Positions 9,970-19,683 of a stretch of 64,000 nt of DNA are shown one piece after another. Within the stretch, counting starts at the first letter, position 1. Every line of letters starts with the position of its first letter. A program made the translations under genes and the position numbers. The notes under the pieces were generated by a model, which saw only the letters and a list, made by a program, of their open reading frames with translations, was not told where the DNA came from and searched no databases. Source of the DNA: an uncultured Pseudomonadales bacterium (GTDB taxonomy: Bacteria > Patescibacteriota > Microgenomatia > UBA1400 > PJMF01); contig CAZEEV010000001.1 of assembly GCA_964511345.1 (NCBI GenBank), forward strand, positions 72,089 through 136,088, in the 5' to 3' direction.

Positions 9970-11094
9970 TGGTTTATTAATTAAATATTTATCAAAAAAG
10001 ATTAAATCTTTTTGGACAGCTTCATTCCAATTGGGTTGCAGATTGTGATTAGCACCAAGATATTTATAAAAATCAATTTTAATTGGAGCCTTCTTATTTT
10101 CCGTGCTGCTATCGGTGGCTCGACGCTCATTTTCCAAGTCAACTTTAGTTAAAAATTCTTCCGTCCAGGAAACTAGAGCAGAATCATCATTGGTGCCGTG
10201 TTGAATTTGAATTGGTCCGTGCAACTGATCTAAGTGCTGAGTAATGGAAAAGTCAAAAACATCATAATCTTCTTCAAAAAGAGATAAATATTTGCGAGTT
10301 TCTTTACCTTCGTCTGCATATTCATCACTGAAATATAGAATAGAGTAAGGGAAAGGCGCTAAGACTGGCGCCCAAAGAGTAGTTGGTAAATTACTATTCA
10401 TAGCCTCCAAAACTGAGACAGCAATTTGTCCGCCATTGCTGTGTCCCCAAATGCCAATTTTGCTTGAGTCTAAAGTGATCTTTTTAATGGGAAAATTTTC
10501 AAGTTGGCCTAAATCTATTTCTGGAAAAGTTTGCACGGTTTTAATTAAATCAATAACATTAACTGTTTTAATAAATCTTGCTTCCCAGGTATCAGCCGGT
10601 TCAGAGTCGCTTTCACCGAAACCTAAGAAATCTGGGGCTAAAGTTACATAATTATTCGTAGCGAAAACCGAGGCAGCATTTTTAGTACCTAGACCAGAAT
10701 AATAATTTTCTATTGGAGCATAACCTCGCAGCATAATAATCGTAGGGTTTTTGGAGGTTTCATCAAATTTGTTATCAATTTTCAAGTTGAGAGCTCCAGA
10801 AATATTTTTTCCTTGACTTTCATATTTGAAAAGTAGGACATAGACGTTAGAATCTTTATCTTCGCTAATGATTTTTTCAACCTTCAATCCTTTTTGAGCA
10901 GTGAAATCTTTTAGACTGAGGTTTTTAAAAGAGTATTGTAGCAATGGCAGTGCTTTTTCTATTTTTATTTGTTCAGTGATGGTTTTTCCAAAAGGAGCTG
11001 ACTCATTTTTGAGATAAAAATAGGCAATCACAAAAGATAAACAACTAGTTAGCACTAATGACAAACAGATAAAAATGAAGTTTCTTGTTTTCAT
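9958..11094 (-). CDS. Secreted/anchored alpha/beta-hydrolase (S9/dienelactone-hydrolase-like)
   Basis: N-terminal TM/signal and nucleophile elbow GHSNGG; C-terminal Asp/His region (LGANHNL). Confidence 0.6.
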   Translation of the reverse strand: MKTRNFIFICLSLVLTSCLSFVIAYFYLKNESAPFGKTITEQIKIEKALPLLQYSFKNLSLKDFTAQKGLKVEKIISEDKDSNVYVLLFKYESQGKNISGALNLKIDNKFDETSKNPTIIMLRGYAPIENYYSGLGTKNAASVFATNNYVTLAPDFLGFGESDSEPADTWEARFIKTVNVIDLIKTVQTFPEIDLGQLENFPIKKITLDSSKIGIWGHSNGGQIAVSVLEAMNSNLPTTLWAPVLAPFPYSILYFSDEYADEGKETRKYLSLFEEDYDVFDFSITQHLDQLHGPIQIQHGTNDDSALVSWTEEFLTKVDLENERRATDSSTENKKAPIKIDFYKYLGANHNLQPNWNEAVQKDLIFFDKYLINKPLGS

Positions 11095-11280
11095 TTAATT
11101 GAAGTATAACAGTTTTACAGAAATTCTCCCAAAATTAATACTTGCAGAAATACCAGATGATATTAAAATGTTACAACATGTCAGTAAGTAAAAATTATTT
11201 CCACTTCTTTTTGGTCATTTTGCGCAAGAACGTGGTGGGGTAATTTTGTTGCATTAAAATAAATAAAAACAAAAATAAAC

Positions 11281-11307
11281 CCCGCCTTAAGAAGCGGGTT
11301 TTTTTGT
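11281..11307. terminator. Bidirectional rho-independent terminator hairpin
   Basis: aaaCCCGCcttaagaaGCGGGttttttt; the reverse complement is also followed by a T-rich run. Confidence 0.55.
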
Positions 11308-11436
11308 ACTTTTGATCTTTAACATTAACTAAGGGTTGCCTCAGCCTTCAATTATTCGAAAGTTAAGGCAACCCTTTGTGGCTAGAGCAAAGCGCTCTAG
11401 TTTCGAAGGGAAAAATTTTTTCTAGGAGGAAAAACC

Positions 11437-11589
11437 GTGTCAACAAAGAAATCTTCCAAGAATCAAAGCAGAGAGATTAAAAAACAAAAGGGCCCCAGGT
11501 GCCCAGTTTGTGGAAAACCGCATATTATTAAAATATGCCCAGAATTGAAGAAAAAAAGAGGGGAAAAGAATGGCACGCCTCCCTCCTAG
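11437..11589 (+). CDS. Unannotated 50-aa basic small protein with CxxC..H..C zinc-knuckle-like motif
   Basis: Perfect SD AGGAGG 7 nt upstream of GTG. Translation is MSTKKSSKNQSREIKKQKGPRCPVCGKPHIIKICPELKKKRGEKNGTPPS, followed by a 10-bp GC hairpin at 11601..11626. Confidence 0.35.
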   Translation: MSTKKSSKNQSREIKKQKGPRCPVCGKPHIIKICPELKKKRGEKNGTPPS

Positions 11590-11600
11590 AATCCAAAAAA

Positions 11601-11636
11601 CCTCCGACCCTATAAAGGGTCGGAGGTAAATCTTTT
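11601..11636 (+). terminator. Hairpin CCTCCGACCC-tataaa-GGGTCGGAGG followed by a T-rich stretch
   Basis: 10-bp perfect GC-rich stem immediately after the sORF stop and before the aspS -10-like TATAAT. Confidence 0.5.
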
Positions 11637-11664
11637 CAAATTTCAGTTATAATACTCGTTATCT

Positions 11665-13083
11665 ATGCAAAGAACTCTCATTATCGATTCACTTCAAAAA
11701 ATTGGTCAAACAGTTCGTTTGTGCGGCTGGGTAGACAGCAAGCGTGATCACGGCAAAGTGACCTTTATTGATTTAAGAGATAGAACTGGCAAAATTCAGG
11801 CTGTTGGTATTGGCGGCAAATTAAGTGATTTAAGCACAGAGTCGGTAGTAGAACTTATTGGTCAAATTAACGCTCGCCCAGAGAAACTAATTAATTCGAA
11901 CTTACCAACTGGTTCGATCGAAATTTTTGTTGAAGAATATAAAATTCTTAATAAAGCTAATGAATTACCCATTTTAGTGGAAGGTGATGGTTTAGATATT
12001 AATGAAGAGATGCGTCTCAAATATCGCTATCTTGATTTGCGTCGTGAGCGCATGCAAAAAATTATTCGCTTGCGTTCTAAATTTTATCAGGCATTGCGTG
12101 AACAATTAGAAAAAAAGGATTTTGTCGAAGTCGAAACTCCCATGTTAACTAAGTCTACTAAAGAGGGTGCGAGAGATTTTATTGTGCCTTCTCGTTTTAA
12201 TCCAGGGAAATTTTACGCTTTACCTCAGAGTCCACAACAATATAAGCAATTGCTGATGACTGCTGGTGTAGAAAATTATTATCAATTTGCGCGTTGTATT
12301 CGCGATGAAGATTTACGTGCCGATAGAGGTTTTGAATTTACTCAACTTGATTTAGAGATGAGTTTTGTCACCCAAAAAGAAGTCATGAACAACGTTGAGG
12401 AGATTGTTAAAAATGCTGTCAAAAAAGTTGGTGGTAAGCTTAAAGATGAAAATTTCCCAGTGATTGCTTATGAAGATGCCATTTCTAAGTACGGGGCTGA
12501 TAAATTTGATTTGAGAAACGAAGAAGAGAAAAAAGCCGGTATTCTAGCTTTTGCTTGGGTAATTAATTTTCCTTTTTTCAAAAAAGTGGATAAGAAAGAT
12601 ATTGCTGAAGTTAGAGATGGCAAGAGTGGCTGGACTTTCACTCATAATCCTTTTTCTAGCCCAATTCCAGAGTGTTTAGAAGATCATCAAAACGGTCGCA
12701 ATATTGGCAAAATTATCACTGCTCAGTACGACTTAGTTTGTAATGGTTATGAAGCTGGTGGTGGCAGTATTAGAGCTCATGATCCGGCAGTTTTAAAGAA
12801 AACTTTTGAAATTATGGGTTATAACGAGCAAGAAATTCAAGCCAGTGTTGGCCATATGTTGGAAGCATTCAAGTTAGGCACACCTCCACATGGTGGTATT
12901 GCGCTCGGTCTTGATCGTATCGTGATGCTTTTAGCTAACGAAAATTCTATTAAAGAAACCATTGCTTTTCCAATGAGTTCTTCTGGTCGCACTGCAATTA
13001 TGGATGCACCAAGTGAAGTTTCAGCTGAACAGTTAAAAGAGTTAGCTATTTCAATCACCCCTAATTTAGCTACAATGAAATAG
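11665..13083 (+). CDS. aspS: Aspartyl-tRNA synthetase, bacterial-type core lacking the GAD insertion domain (472 aa)
   Basis: Class II motifs FRDE-like CIRDEDLRADRGFEFTQLDLEMSF, QSPQQYKQLLM, GGGSIRAHD, GLDRIVML. Confidence 0.9.
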   Translation: MQRTLIIDSLQKIGQTVRLCGWVDSKRDHGKVTFIDLRDRTGKIQAVGIGGKLSDLSTESVVELIGQINARPEKLINSNLPTGSIEIFVEEYKILNKANELPILVEGDGLDINEEMRLKYRYLDLRRERMQKIIRLRSKFYQALREQLEKKDFVEVETPMLTKSTKEGARDFIVPSRFNPGKFYALPQSPQQYKQLLMTAGVENYYQFARCIRDEDLRADRGFEFTQLDLEMSFVTQKEVMNNVEEIVKNAVKKVGGKLKDENFPVIAYEDAISKYGADKFDLRNEEEKKAGILAFAWVINFPFFKKVDKKDIAEVRDGKSGWTFTHNPFSSPIPECLEDHQNGRNIGKIITAQYDLVCNGYEAGGGSIRAHDPAVLKKTFEIMGYNEQEIQASVGHMLEAFKLGTPPHGGIALGLDRIVMLLANENSIKETIAFPMSSSGRTAIMDAPSEVSAEQLKELAISITPNLATMK

Positions 13084-13985
13084 TGAAAAAAACGTCTTTT
13101 TTCTTGTTGCTAGTGCTGGTTTTTTCCTTGTCAGTGACAGTTTATTTGTGGTTTTTTTATCCACAAAGAATAGTTCAAAAATATCAAGTTGATCTTTATG
13201 ATTTAGACAACGTACCAGTTTTAAAGAGTAAAGAATTTTTTTTGGATGATTTATTCTTAAGTGCCACCGCGGTCTATGCAATTGATTTGTCTTCAATGAC
13301 CGTGCTTTATGAAAAAGACAGCCAAAAAGTTTTGTATCCAGCTTCCACTAGTAAAATGATGACAGCTTTAGTTGCTTTAGACACCTTTCCTTTGGAGAAA
13401 GATTTGTTGGTTGGTAAAGAAGCAACGATATCTGGAAATAAGCTTTCCTTAAAAGAAGGAGATTCGATCAAGGTTCAAGATTTGTTGGCAGCTTTATTGA
13501 TTTTTTCTGCTAATGATAGTGCTTATGTTCTAGCTAATAATGATGAATTTGGTTTAGATAACTTTATAAACAAAATGAATCAAAAAGCTAATTTACTAGG
13601 TTTAACGCAAACTCATTTTGTTAATCCAGCTGGCTTAGATGATCCAGGTCAAACCAGTACAGCTAGAGATTTAAGCATTATCGCTCAAGAATTATTGAAA
13701 CATCAACAATTGAAAGAGTTGGTCGCCACACAATACAAACATATTAGTGGTCAAAATTGGTCCTATGATTTATATAACAGCAATCAATTATTAGGCCAGA
13801 TTCAAGGTGTTGCTGGTGTTAAAACTGGGACTACAGAATTAGCAGGTGAGGTTTTAGTAACTCTAATTGAAAGAGATGGTCGCCAAATTTTAATTACTTT
13901 AATGAACAGCCAGGATCGATATCAGGATACGAGTAAGTTGATTGCTTGGATACTTAATAATTACGAGTGGAAAAAACTTGATTAA
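13083..13985 (+). CDS. D-alanyl-D-alanine carboxypeptidase (peptidase S11, PBP5/6-like)
   Basis: SxxK as ASTSKMM, SxN as SANDSA, KTG as KTGTT. N-terminal TM; GTG start overlapping the aspS stop. Confidence 0.8.
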   Translation: MKKTSFFLLLVLVFSLSVTVYLWFFYPQRIVQKYQVDLYDLDNVPVLKSKEFFLDDLFLSATAVYAIDLSSMTVLYEKDSQKVLYPASTSKMMTALVALDTFPLEKDLLVGKEATISGNKLSLKEGDSIKVQDLLAALLIFSANDSAYVLANNDEFGLDNFINKMNQKANLLGLTQTHFVNPAGLDDPGQTSTARDLSIIAQELLKHQQLKELVATQYKHISGQNWSYDLYNSNQLLGQIQGVAGVKTGTTELAGEVLVTLIERDGRQILITLMNSQDRYQDTSKLIAWILNNYEWKKLD

Positions 13986-14003
13986 AACGGTTAGAATAGA
14001 GAT

Positions 14004-15089
14004 ATGCCAACTTCAGCTACCAAAAGTTCTGGTCCAAATTTAACTAACATTAACTATTTTGGTAGATTATTTGTTAAATATGGCTTGGCATTTCTGGTTT
14101 TCCTAATGGTGGGCAGGGTTTTATGGAATGCTTTTGTGAATTATTGGAAAGCCACTCATCCAGATCCACCACCTCCACCCACAGTTGGGTTTGGAATTTT
14201 GCCGAACTTAAAGCTTCCAATGCAGGAAGATAGTGATAAACCAAAATCTTATAGTTTAGAAATGGTTTATGGTTTGAAAGAAATTAATGATCGGGCAAAA
14301 GTTTTTCTCATCACTAAATCATCTGCTAACTTATTAGCAGATGAAAGAGTTAAGAAAATAGCTTCCACCTATGGTTTCATTTCCACTCCGGAAGTTATTT
14401 CAGAAGAAATTTATCGTTTTACCAAAAATACTCCTTTAGAAATGGGCTTAGAAATTAACTCTGTGGATTTTACTTTTTCGCTGCAAAGCAATTTTTTATC
14501 TAGACCAGATTTATTAACTACTATGGGTACATTACCAGAAGAATTTGAAGCAGTAGAGCGAGTAAAAAAATTTATTAGCTCAGCTGATCTCATGGGAGCT
14601 GATTTGGCAACCGCCTCAGGCAAAGTTACTTTTCTTAAATCAATTGGCGGAGAATTGAAATCTGCCTTTTCTCTCTCAGAGGCTAATTTTTTGCAAGTGG
14701 ATTTGAATCGTAATCCAATTGACCAAACTTATAAAATTTATACTGATCAGGGAGAAAAAGGGATCATTTCTGCCAAAATAGCTTCGGCTTTTTCTGGTAA
14801 TAACTCTATTGTAGAAATGGATTATGCCTATCGCCAAGTTGATTACCTTAATTTTGAAACTTATCCCCTACGTAGTGTGAAATCTGCTTGGAATTTAGTG
14901 CAAGCAGGAGATGCTTATATTATTAATGGCAAAAATCTAGAAGAAGCGGTAATTAGAGAAGTGGAGTTGGCTTATTATGATAGTTTTGACGAACAAAAAT
15001 ATTTACAGCCCATCTATATTTTTAAAGGCGACAACAACGTAATGGCTTTTGTGCCAGCAATTAATGCCAATTATTTAAGTAAAAATTAA
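14004..15089 (+). CDS. Membrane-anchored hypothetical protein with polyproline linker
   Basis: N-terminal TM followed by DPPPPPT, then a soluble domain without recognisable motifs. Confidence 0.45.
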   Translation: MPTSATKSSGPNLTNINYFGRLFVKYGLAFLVFLMVGRVLWNAFVNYWKATHPDPPPPPTVGFGILPNLKLPMQEDSDKPKSYSLEMVYGLKEINDRAKVFLITKSSANLLADERVKKIASTYGFISTPEVISEEIYRFTKNTPLEMGLEINSVDFTFSLQSNFLSRPDLLTTMGTLPEEFEAVERVKKFISSADLMGADLATASGKVTFLKSIGGELKSAFSLSEANFLQVDLNRNPIDQTYKIYTDQGEKGIISAKIASAFSGNNSIVEMDYAYRQVDYLNFETYPLRSVKSAWNLVQAGDAYIINGKNLEEAVIREVELAYYDSFDEQKYLQPIYIFKGDNNVMAFVPAINANYLSKN

Positions 15090-15120
15090 AGACTACCACT
15101 AAAGTGATAAAATACAGATC

Positions 15121-16560
15121 ATGATGAATCAAGTTCGTACCCGAATGGCTCCTAGTCCAACAGGTGAAATGCATGTTGGCAGCATGGCAACTTTGTTAAA
15201 AAATTATGCTTTTGCCAAAAAGTATGGTGGGCAATTTATTTTGCGCATTGAAGATACTGACAAACTTAGAGAGGTTCCTGGGGGAGTTGAAGCTATTCAG
15301 GCCATTATCAAACGCTACGGATTAGATTGGGATGAAGGCCCAGGCAAAGGTGGTGAATACGGTCCTTATATTCAATCAGCGAGATTAGATATCTATAAAA
15401 GAGAAGTCCAAAAATTAATTGATAATGGTCAAGCTTATTATTGTTTTTGTTCTAAGGAGCGCTTGGCAGAAGTCAAAGAACAGCAAATAGCCAATAAGCA
15501 AGCTCCTCACTATGATCGTCATTGTCGAAATATTTCTCAAGAAGAGGCTCAGCAAAGAATAGCAAGCGGAGAAGAATATGTGATTCGCTTGAAGGTTCCA
15601 GAAAATCAAGAAATTACTTTCACTGATTTACTAAGAGGCGAAATAACCTTTAATTCTAATTTAATTGATGATCAGGTTTTACTTAAATCTGATGGTTATC
15701 CAACCTATCATTTAGCAGTGGTAATTGATGATTATTTAATGAAAATCAGTCACATCATGCGCGGTGAAGAATGGATTAGTTCTACTCCCAAGCATGTTTT
15801 ACTTTACCAAGCCTTTGGTTGGAGCGTACCTGTTTTTGCTCATATACCGGTGTTTTTAAACCCAGATGGCAAGGGAAAAATGAGTAAAAGAAAAGGCATG
15901 GTTTCAGCAGCTTCATTTTTAGATCGAGGATATTTAGCAGAGGCAATGCTTAATTTTTTTATGATTCTTGGTTGGGCTAAAAAAGATCAAGAAGAAGTGA
16001 TTAGCTTGGAAGAATATATTCAAGAATTTGAGCCGAGTGATCTCAGTAGTAACAGCGTGGCCTTTGATATCAAAAAATTAAATTGGCTTAATGGAGTCTA
16101 TATTCGCAAACTAAGTCCTGAACAATTGCTAGAGAAAATTGCGCCATTTGTGCCTCAAGATTTTCCAGCGGATAAAGTCGCTCAAGTTTTGCCCTTAATT
16201 CAAGAGCGCTTGGTGACGTTGGCAGATTTTAGAGAATTAACCAAATTCTTTCATGGCTCAATTAACTATGAAACTGACTTTTTATTGAAAAAAGCTGATT
16301 CTAAGGAACTAGTGATTTTAGAAATAAACGAAACAATTCAAGAAATAGAGGCTCTTTCAGATTGGAACTTGCTTAAATTGGAAGAGAAGATAATGGGATT
16401 GCAAGAGAAAAAAGATTGGCATAGAGGTCAATTTTTTATGATGTTACGCATTGCTGTTACTGGAGAAAAAGCTACACCACCTCTTTTTGATACAATGATT
16501 GTTTTAGGTAAAGAGTTGGTAATTAGTCGTTTAAAAGAAGCATTAAACAAATTAAGTTAA
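15121..16560 (+). CDS. gltX: Glutamyl-tRNA synthetase
   Basis: RMAPSPTGEMHVG (HIGH region), FILRIEDTD, KMSKRKG, Cys cluster CFCS...HYDRHCR. Confidence 0.9.
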   Translation: MMNQVRTRMAPSPTGEMHVGSMATLLKNYAFAKKYGGQFILRIEDTDKLREVPGGVEAIQAIIKRYGLDWDEGPGKGGEYGPYIQSARLDIYKREVQKLIDNGQAYYCFCSKERLAEVKEQQIANKQAPHYDRHCRNISQEEAQQRIASGEEYVIRLKVPENQEITFTDLLRGEITFNSNLIDDQVLLKSDGYPTYHLAVVIDDYLMKISHIMRGEEWISSTPKHVLLYQAFGWSVPVFAHIPVFLNPDGKGKMSKRKGMVSAASFLDRGYLAEAMLNFFMILGWAKKDQEEVISLEEYIQEFEPSDLSSNSVAFDIKKLNWLNGVYIRKLSPEQLLEKIAPFVPQDFPADKVAQVLPLIQERLVTLADFRELTKFFHGSINYETDFLLKKADSKELVILEINETIQEIEALSDWNLLKLEEKIMGLQEKKDWHRGQFFMMLRIAVTGEKATPPLFDTMIVLGKELVISRLKEALNKLS

Positions 16561-16564
16561 AAAT

Positions 16565-17377
16565 ATGACTGCCCGAGATAAATCACAACAAATTTTAGCG
16601 GGAATCGCTATGGCAGGACAGGTGGCGATGACTAGTCCGGCTATTTCCAATGTACCAAACAATCAAGTTTTAGACGAGAAATCTCGTCAGGTGGCTTTGG
16701 ATATTTCAGCTCAAGAACATCAAGAAATTATTGCCAAATTGAGTTCTTATGTTAATTCGCCAGCAGGTCATCTAGAAAGAGAAACTGAGCTCTATTTGGA
16801 ACAACAACTATCCGAAATCTTAGGTTTTAAAGTTAGGGCAGAATTAGAGGGACATCGTTTGAATCATAGCATTGGTATTATGGGTTCGGAGCAGCATTTA
16901 GCTCGTTTTCCTGGTGATCAAATTCAAGAACATGATGCTTACAGAGAAGCTGGTATGGCGCCTAATCGAGGAGCTTTTGGTTGGTTTACGGAAAATGGAC
17001 AATTAACTAAAGAAGGTATTTTAAGAGAAAAATATTATGTGGCGGTACAGTTAATGTATTTGCCGGAATGGAATCAAAGTCATCAAGAACTAAAACCATG
17101 GTATAAATTTCGTAAGATGATAGTTATTAATCCAATTGAACAAACTGCAGTGGTAGCAGCAGTAGCCGATGCCGGTCCCAGCATGTGGGTTAAAAAACAA
17201 TTTGGTGGTTCTCCAGAAGTTATTCGTGAAGCTAAGATTTGGAGCCCCAATAGCAAGGGGAAAGTAATGCTTTTATTTGTAGATGATAGCGAAGATGAAA
17301 TTCCGCTTGGTCCTATTTCTTTGGATTTTGCGACAGTCTTGGCTCGTAGTCAAAGTGATTCTCAGAAAATTATATGA
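16565..17377 (+). CDS. Hypothetical protein, conserved position upstream of ybeY
   Basis: 270-aa ORF with no recognised motif; stop overlaps the ybeY start. Confidence 0.45.
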   Translation: MTARDKSQQILAGIAMAGQVAMTSPAISNVPNNQVLDEKSRQVALDISAQEHQEIIAKLSSYVNSPAGHLERETELYLEQQLSEILGFKVRAELEGHRLNHSIGIMGSEQHLARFPGDQIQEHDAYREAGMAPNRGAFGWFTENGQLTKEGILREKYYVAVQLMYLPEWNQSHQELKPWYKFRKMIVINPIEQTAVVAAVADAGPSMWVKKQFGGSPEVIREAKIWSPNSKGKVMLLFVDDSEDEIPLGPISLDFATVLARSQSDSQKII

Positions 17378-17769
17378 TCAAAACAAACCTTTTCGTTGGC
17401 TCTCGTTATTTAGTGGATCGTAAAAAGATTAAGTCCACTGTGGAAAGAGTCTTAAACGAACACAAAATTGATAACGCACAAGTAGATGTCTCTATTGTTG
17501 GAGCTAGGAGAATTACGACTCTTAATGAAAAACATCTCAAACATCATGGACCCACCGATGTTTTATCTTTCCCTCAACACGACAAAGGGCAATTGCAAGA
17601 TGTGCCGTTTCCAGCTGGAGAATTAATTCATTTGGGAGATGTGGTTATTAGTTTTCCAGAGGCAGTTAGAACAGCTAAGAGATTTGGCAAAATGGTTGAT
17701 CAACAAATTTGTTTTTATTTAGAACATGCGCTGTTGCATTTACTTGGTTATCATCACGATGATCACTAG
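17374..17769 (+). CDS. ybeY: Endoribonuclease YbeY (rRNA maturation factor)
   Basis: C-terminal HALLHLLGYHHDDH zinc-binding H3xH5xH motif. Confidence 0.85.
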   Translation: MIKTNLFVGSRYLVDRKKIKSTVERVLNEHKIDNAQVDVSIVGARRITTLNEKHLKHHGPTDVLSFPQHDKGQLQDVPFPAGELIHLGDVVISFPEAVRTAKRFGKMVDQQICFYLEHALLHLLGYHHDDH

Positions 17770-17811
17770 TTTTCTTAAACATTGCTTTTTGATCTGTGAT
17801 AAACTCTAGCT

Positions 17812-19290
17812 ATGGCTTGGTATCGTTTGTATCGTCCCAAAAAAATTCAAGATCTCAACATTGGCTCAGTGAGAACTGCTCTCGAGCAAATGATGAAAAA
17901 CGGCAAGATTCCCCAGTCTTTGCTATTTGCTGGACCCAAAGGAACTGGTAAAACTTCCGCCTCACGTATTTTGGGAGCGATGCTTAATGATCCAGCTAAT
18001 GCCGATTTGGTGGATTATCTTTTTTTCAAAAAAGCTGCTCCTAAAAAAATATTTTTCCAAGAGCCTGATACAGACAATGAATTTGCTCAGAGGGTTTACG
18101 ATGGACATTCTTTTGTAGTACAAGAATTAGATGCTGCCTCCAATCGTCGCATTGATGACGTCCGTTTGTTGCGGGAAAGAATTAATTTACCTCCTTCTGA
18201 GGGCAAAATGATGGTTTATATTCTTGATGAAGTGCACATGTTGACCAATGAGGCTTTTAATGCACTTTTAAAGATCTTGGAAGAGCCACCTTCTCATGTA
18301 GTTTTCATTTTAGCCACTACAGAATTGCACAAAATTCCAGCCACTATCGTTTCTCGTTGCAGTGTCATTAATTTTAGGAAAGCCAGCTTGGACGAGGTTA
18401 AACAAGCACTTGAGAGGGTGCTCAAAGTCGAACAAATTAAGTTTAATGATGAGGATTTGGTAAAGATTGCCGCTCGCGCTGATGGCAGTTTTCGTGATGG
18501 AGTCAAAATTTTGGAAATGGCTTGTAAAGATGGCAAGCTTGACTTGGAGTTAATTAAGGATTTATTGGCCAGTGATAATGAGACTCATATTAAAAACTTA
18601 CTTGATTCGGTGATTCAAAAAAAAGAGCAGAATTTAATGCAAATCTTTGAAGAATTACGCGCGAATAATTACAACCAAAGAGACTTTTATAAAGATTTAT
18701 TTGAGTTTTTGCACAAAGATTTATTGTTAAATTTAGGTGTCGTTACAGGTGAAGCGCATTATGCCCTCAAAATTGACCAATTTTTCTTGAAAGAAATATT
18801 ATCTGTCGATCTGTATCAAGAAACACCAATCCCTTTTTTGGTATTAGAATTAAAGTTTTTGGATATTATTGAGCGTTCTAAAAAGACTAATCCTGCCGAT
18901 TCCGCCAATTTACAAAAAAAACATGAAGAGCCAGAGCCCACCGACAGCAAAAAAAAAATTCAAAAAAGCAAAATTGATTTAGAACCCAATGCGTTATGGC
19001 AAAAGCTCATTCAAGCCTTTGCTCCAGATAATTTTTCTCTTTTAACTTTACTTAAATCTTGCAAATTAGACAGTCTAAACGAGGGCATTGCGAAGGTTTT
19101 TGTTTACTATGCTTTTCATAAAGAGCAATTAGAACAGCGTAAGAATGTAGATTTGCTCAGCCAGGCAGCGAAAGAATTAATGGGAACCGAGGTTCAATTT
19201 AATTTTGTTCTTCAAGAAACAAATGACTTAGTAAACTCTCAATCCGCTGAACCAGATTTACTACTTGCGGCTAAAGATTCTTTGTTATAA
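17812..19290 (+). CDS. dnaX: DNA polymerase III subunit gamma/tau
   Basis: Walker A GPKGTGKTS, Walker B YILDEVHML, sensor LATTELHKIPATIVSRC, box VII SRC. Confidence 0.9.
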   Translation: MAWYRLYRPKKIQDLNIGSVRTALEQMMKNGKIPQSLLFAGPKGTGKTSASRILGAMLNDPANADLVDYLFFKKAAPKKIFFQEPDTDNEFAQRVYDGHSFVVQELDAASNRRIDDVRLLRERINLPPSEGKMMVYILDEVHMLTNEAFNALLKILEEPPSHVVFILATTELHKIPATIVSRCSVINFRKASLDEVKQALERVLKVEQIKFNDEDLVKIAARADGSFRDGVKILEMACKDGKLDLELIKDLLASDNETHIKNLLDSVIQKKEQNLMQIFEELRANNYNQRDFYKDLFEFLHKDLLLNLGVVTGEAHYALKIDQFFLKEILSVDLYQETPIPFLVLELKFLDIIERSKKTNPADSANLQKKHEEPEPTDSKKKIQKSKIDLEPNALWQKLIQAFAPDNFSLLTLLKSCKLDSLNEGIAKVFVYYAFHKEQLEQRKNVDLLSQAAKELMGTEVQFNFVLQETNDLVNSQSAEPDLLLAAKDSLL

Positions 19291-19395
19291 TCAATACAAT
19301 CTTTATCCTTTAACATAAGACACGTTTAATGGTCTTAGATTAAAGGATAAAGATTAGTTTAATTACAAAATATTAGTTTAAAGAAGGGAATAAAT

Positions 19396-19677
19396 ATGGC
19401 AGGAAATTTCATGAGTCAACTTGGAGACTTAAATAAATTACGTAAACAAGCTAAGCAAATGCAACAAGAATTAGCTGCAGAAGAAATTGTAGTTGAGCGT
19501 GGTGACATCGTGGTTAAGATCACTGGCGGTCAAGAAGTAAAAGATGTTGCTGTGCAAGGTATTCACAGTGATGAGCTAGTGAAAACTTTAAATGAAGCTA
19601 TTAAGAAGTCTCAAGAAGTAGCAGCCAAAAAATTGCAAGGCATGACTGGTGGTTTAGGTTCATTACTTGGCAAATAA
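19396..19677 (+). CDS. ybaB: Nucleoid-associated protein YbaB/EbfC
   Basis: 93 aa, MAGNFMSQLGDLNKLRKQAKQMQQEL...; conserved dnaX-ybaB synteny. Confidence 0.8.
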   Translation: MAGNFMSQLGDLNKLRKQAKQMQQELAAEEIVVERGDIVVKITGGQEVKDVAVQGIHSDELVKTLNEAIKKSQEVAAKKLQGMTGGLGSLLGK

Positions 19678-19683
19678 ATATTC

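Noticed and set aside
11300-11440. T-box riboswitch upstream of aspS
   Set aside because: No T-box consensus (AATTAGGGTGGNACCGCG) and no specifier-loop geometry found. Hairpins reported as uncharacterised structure instead.
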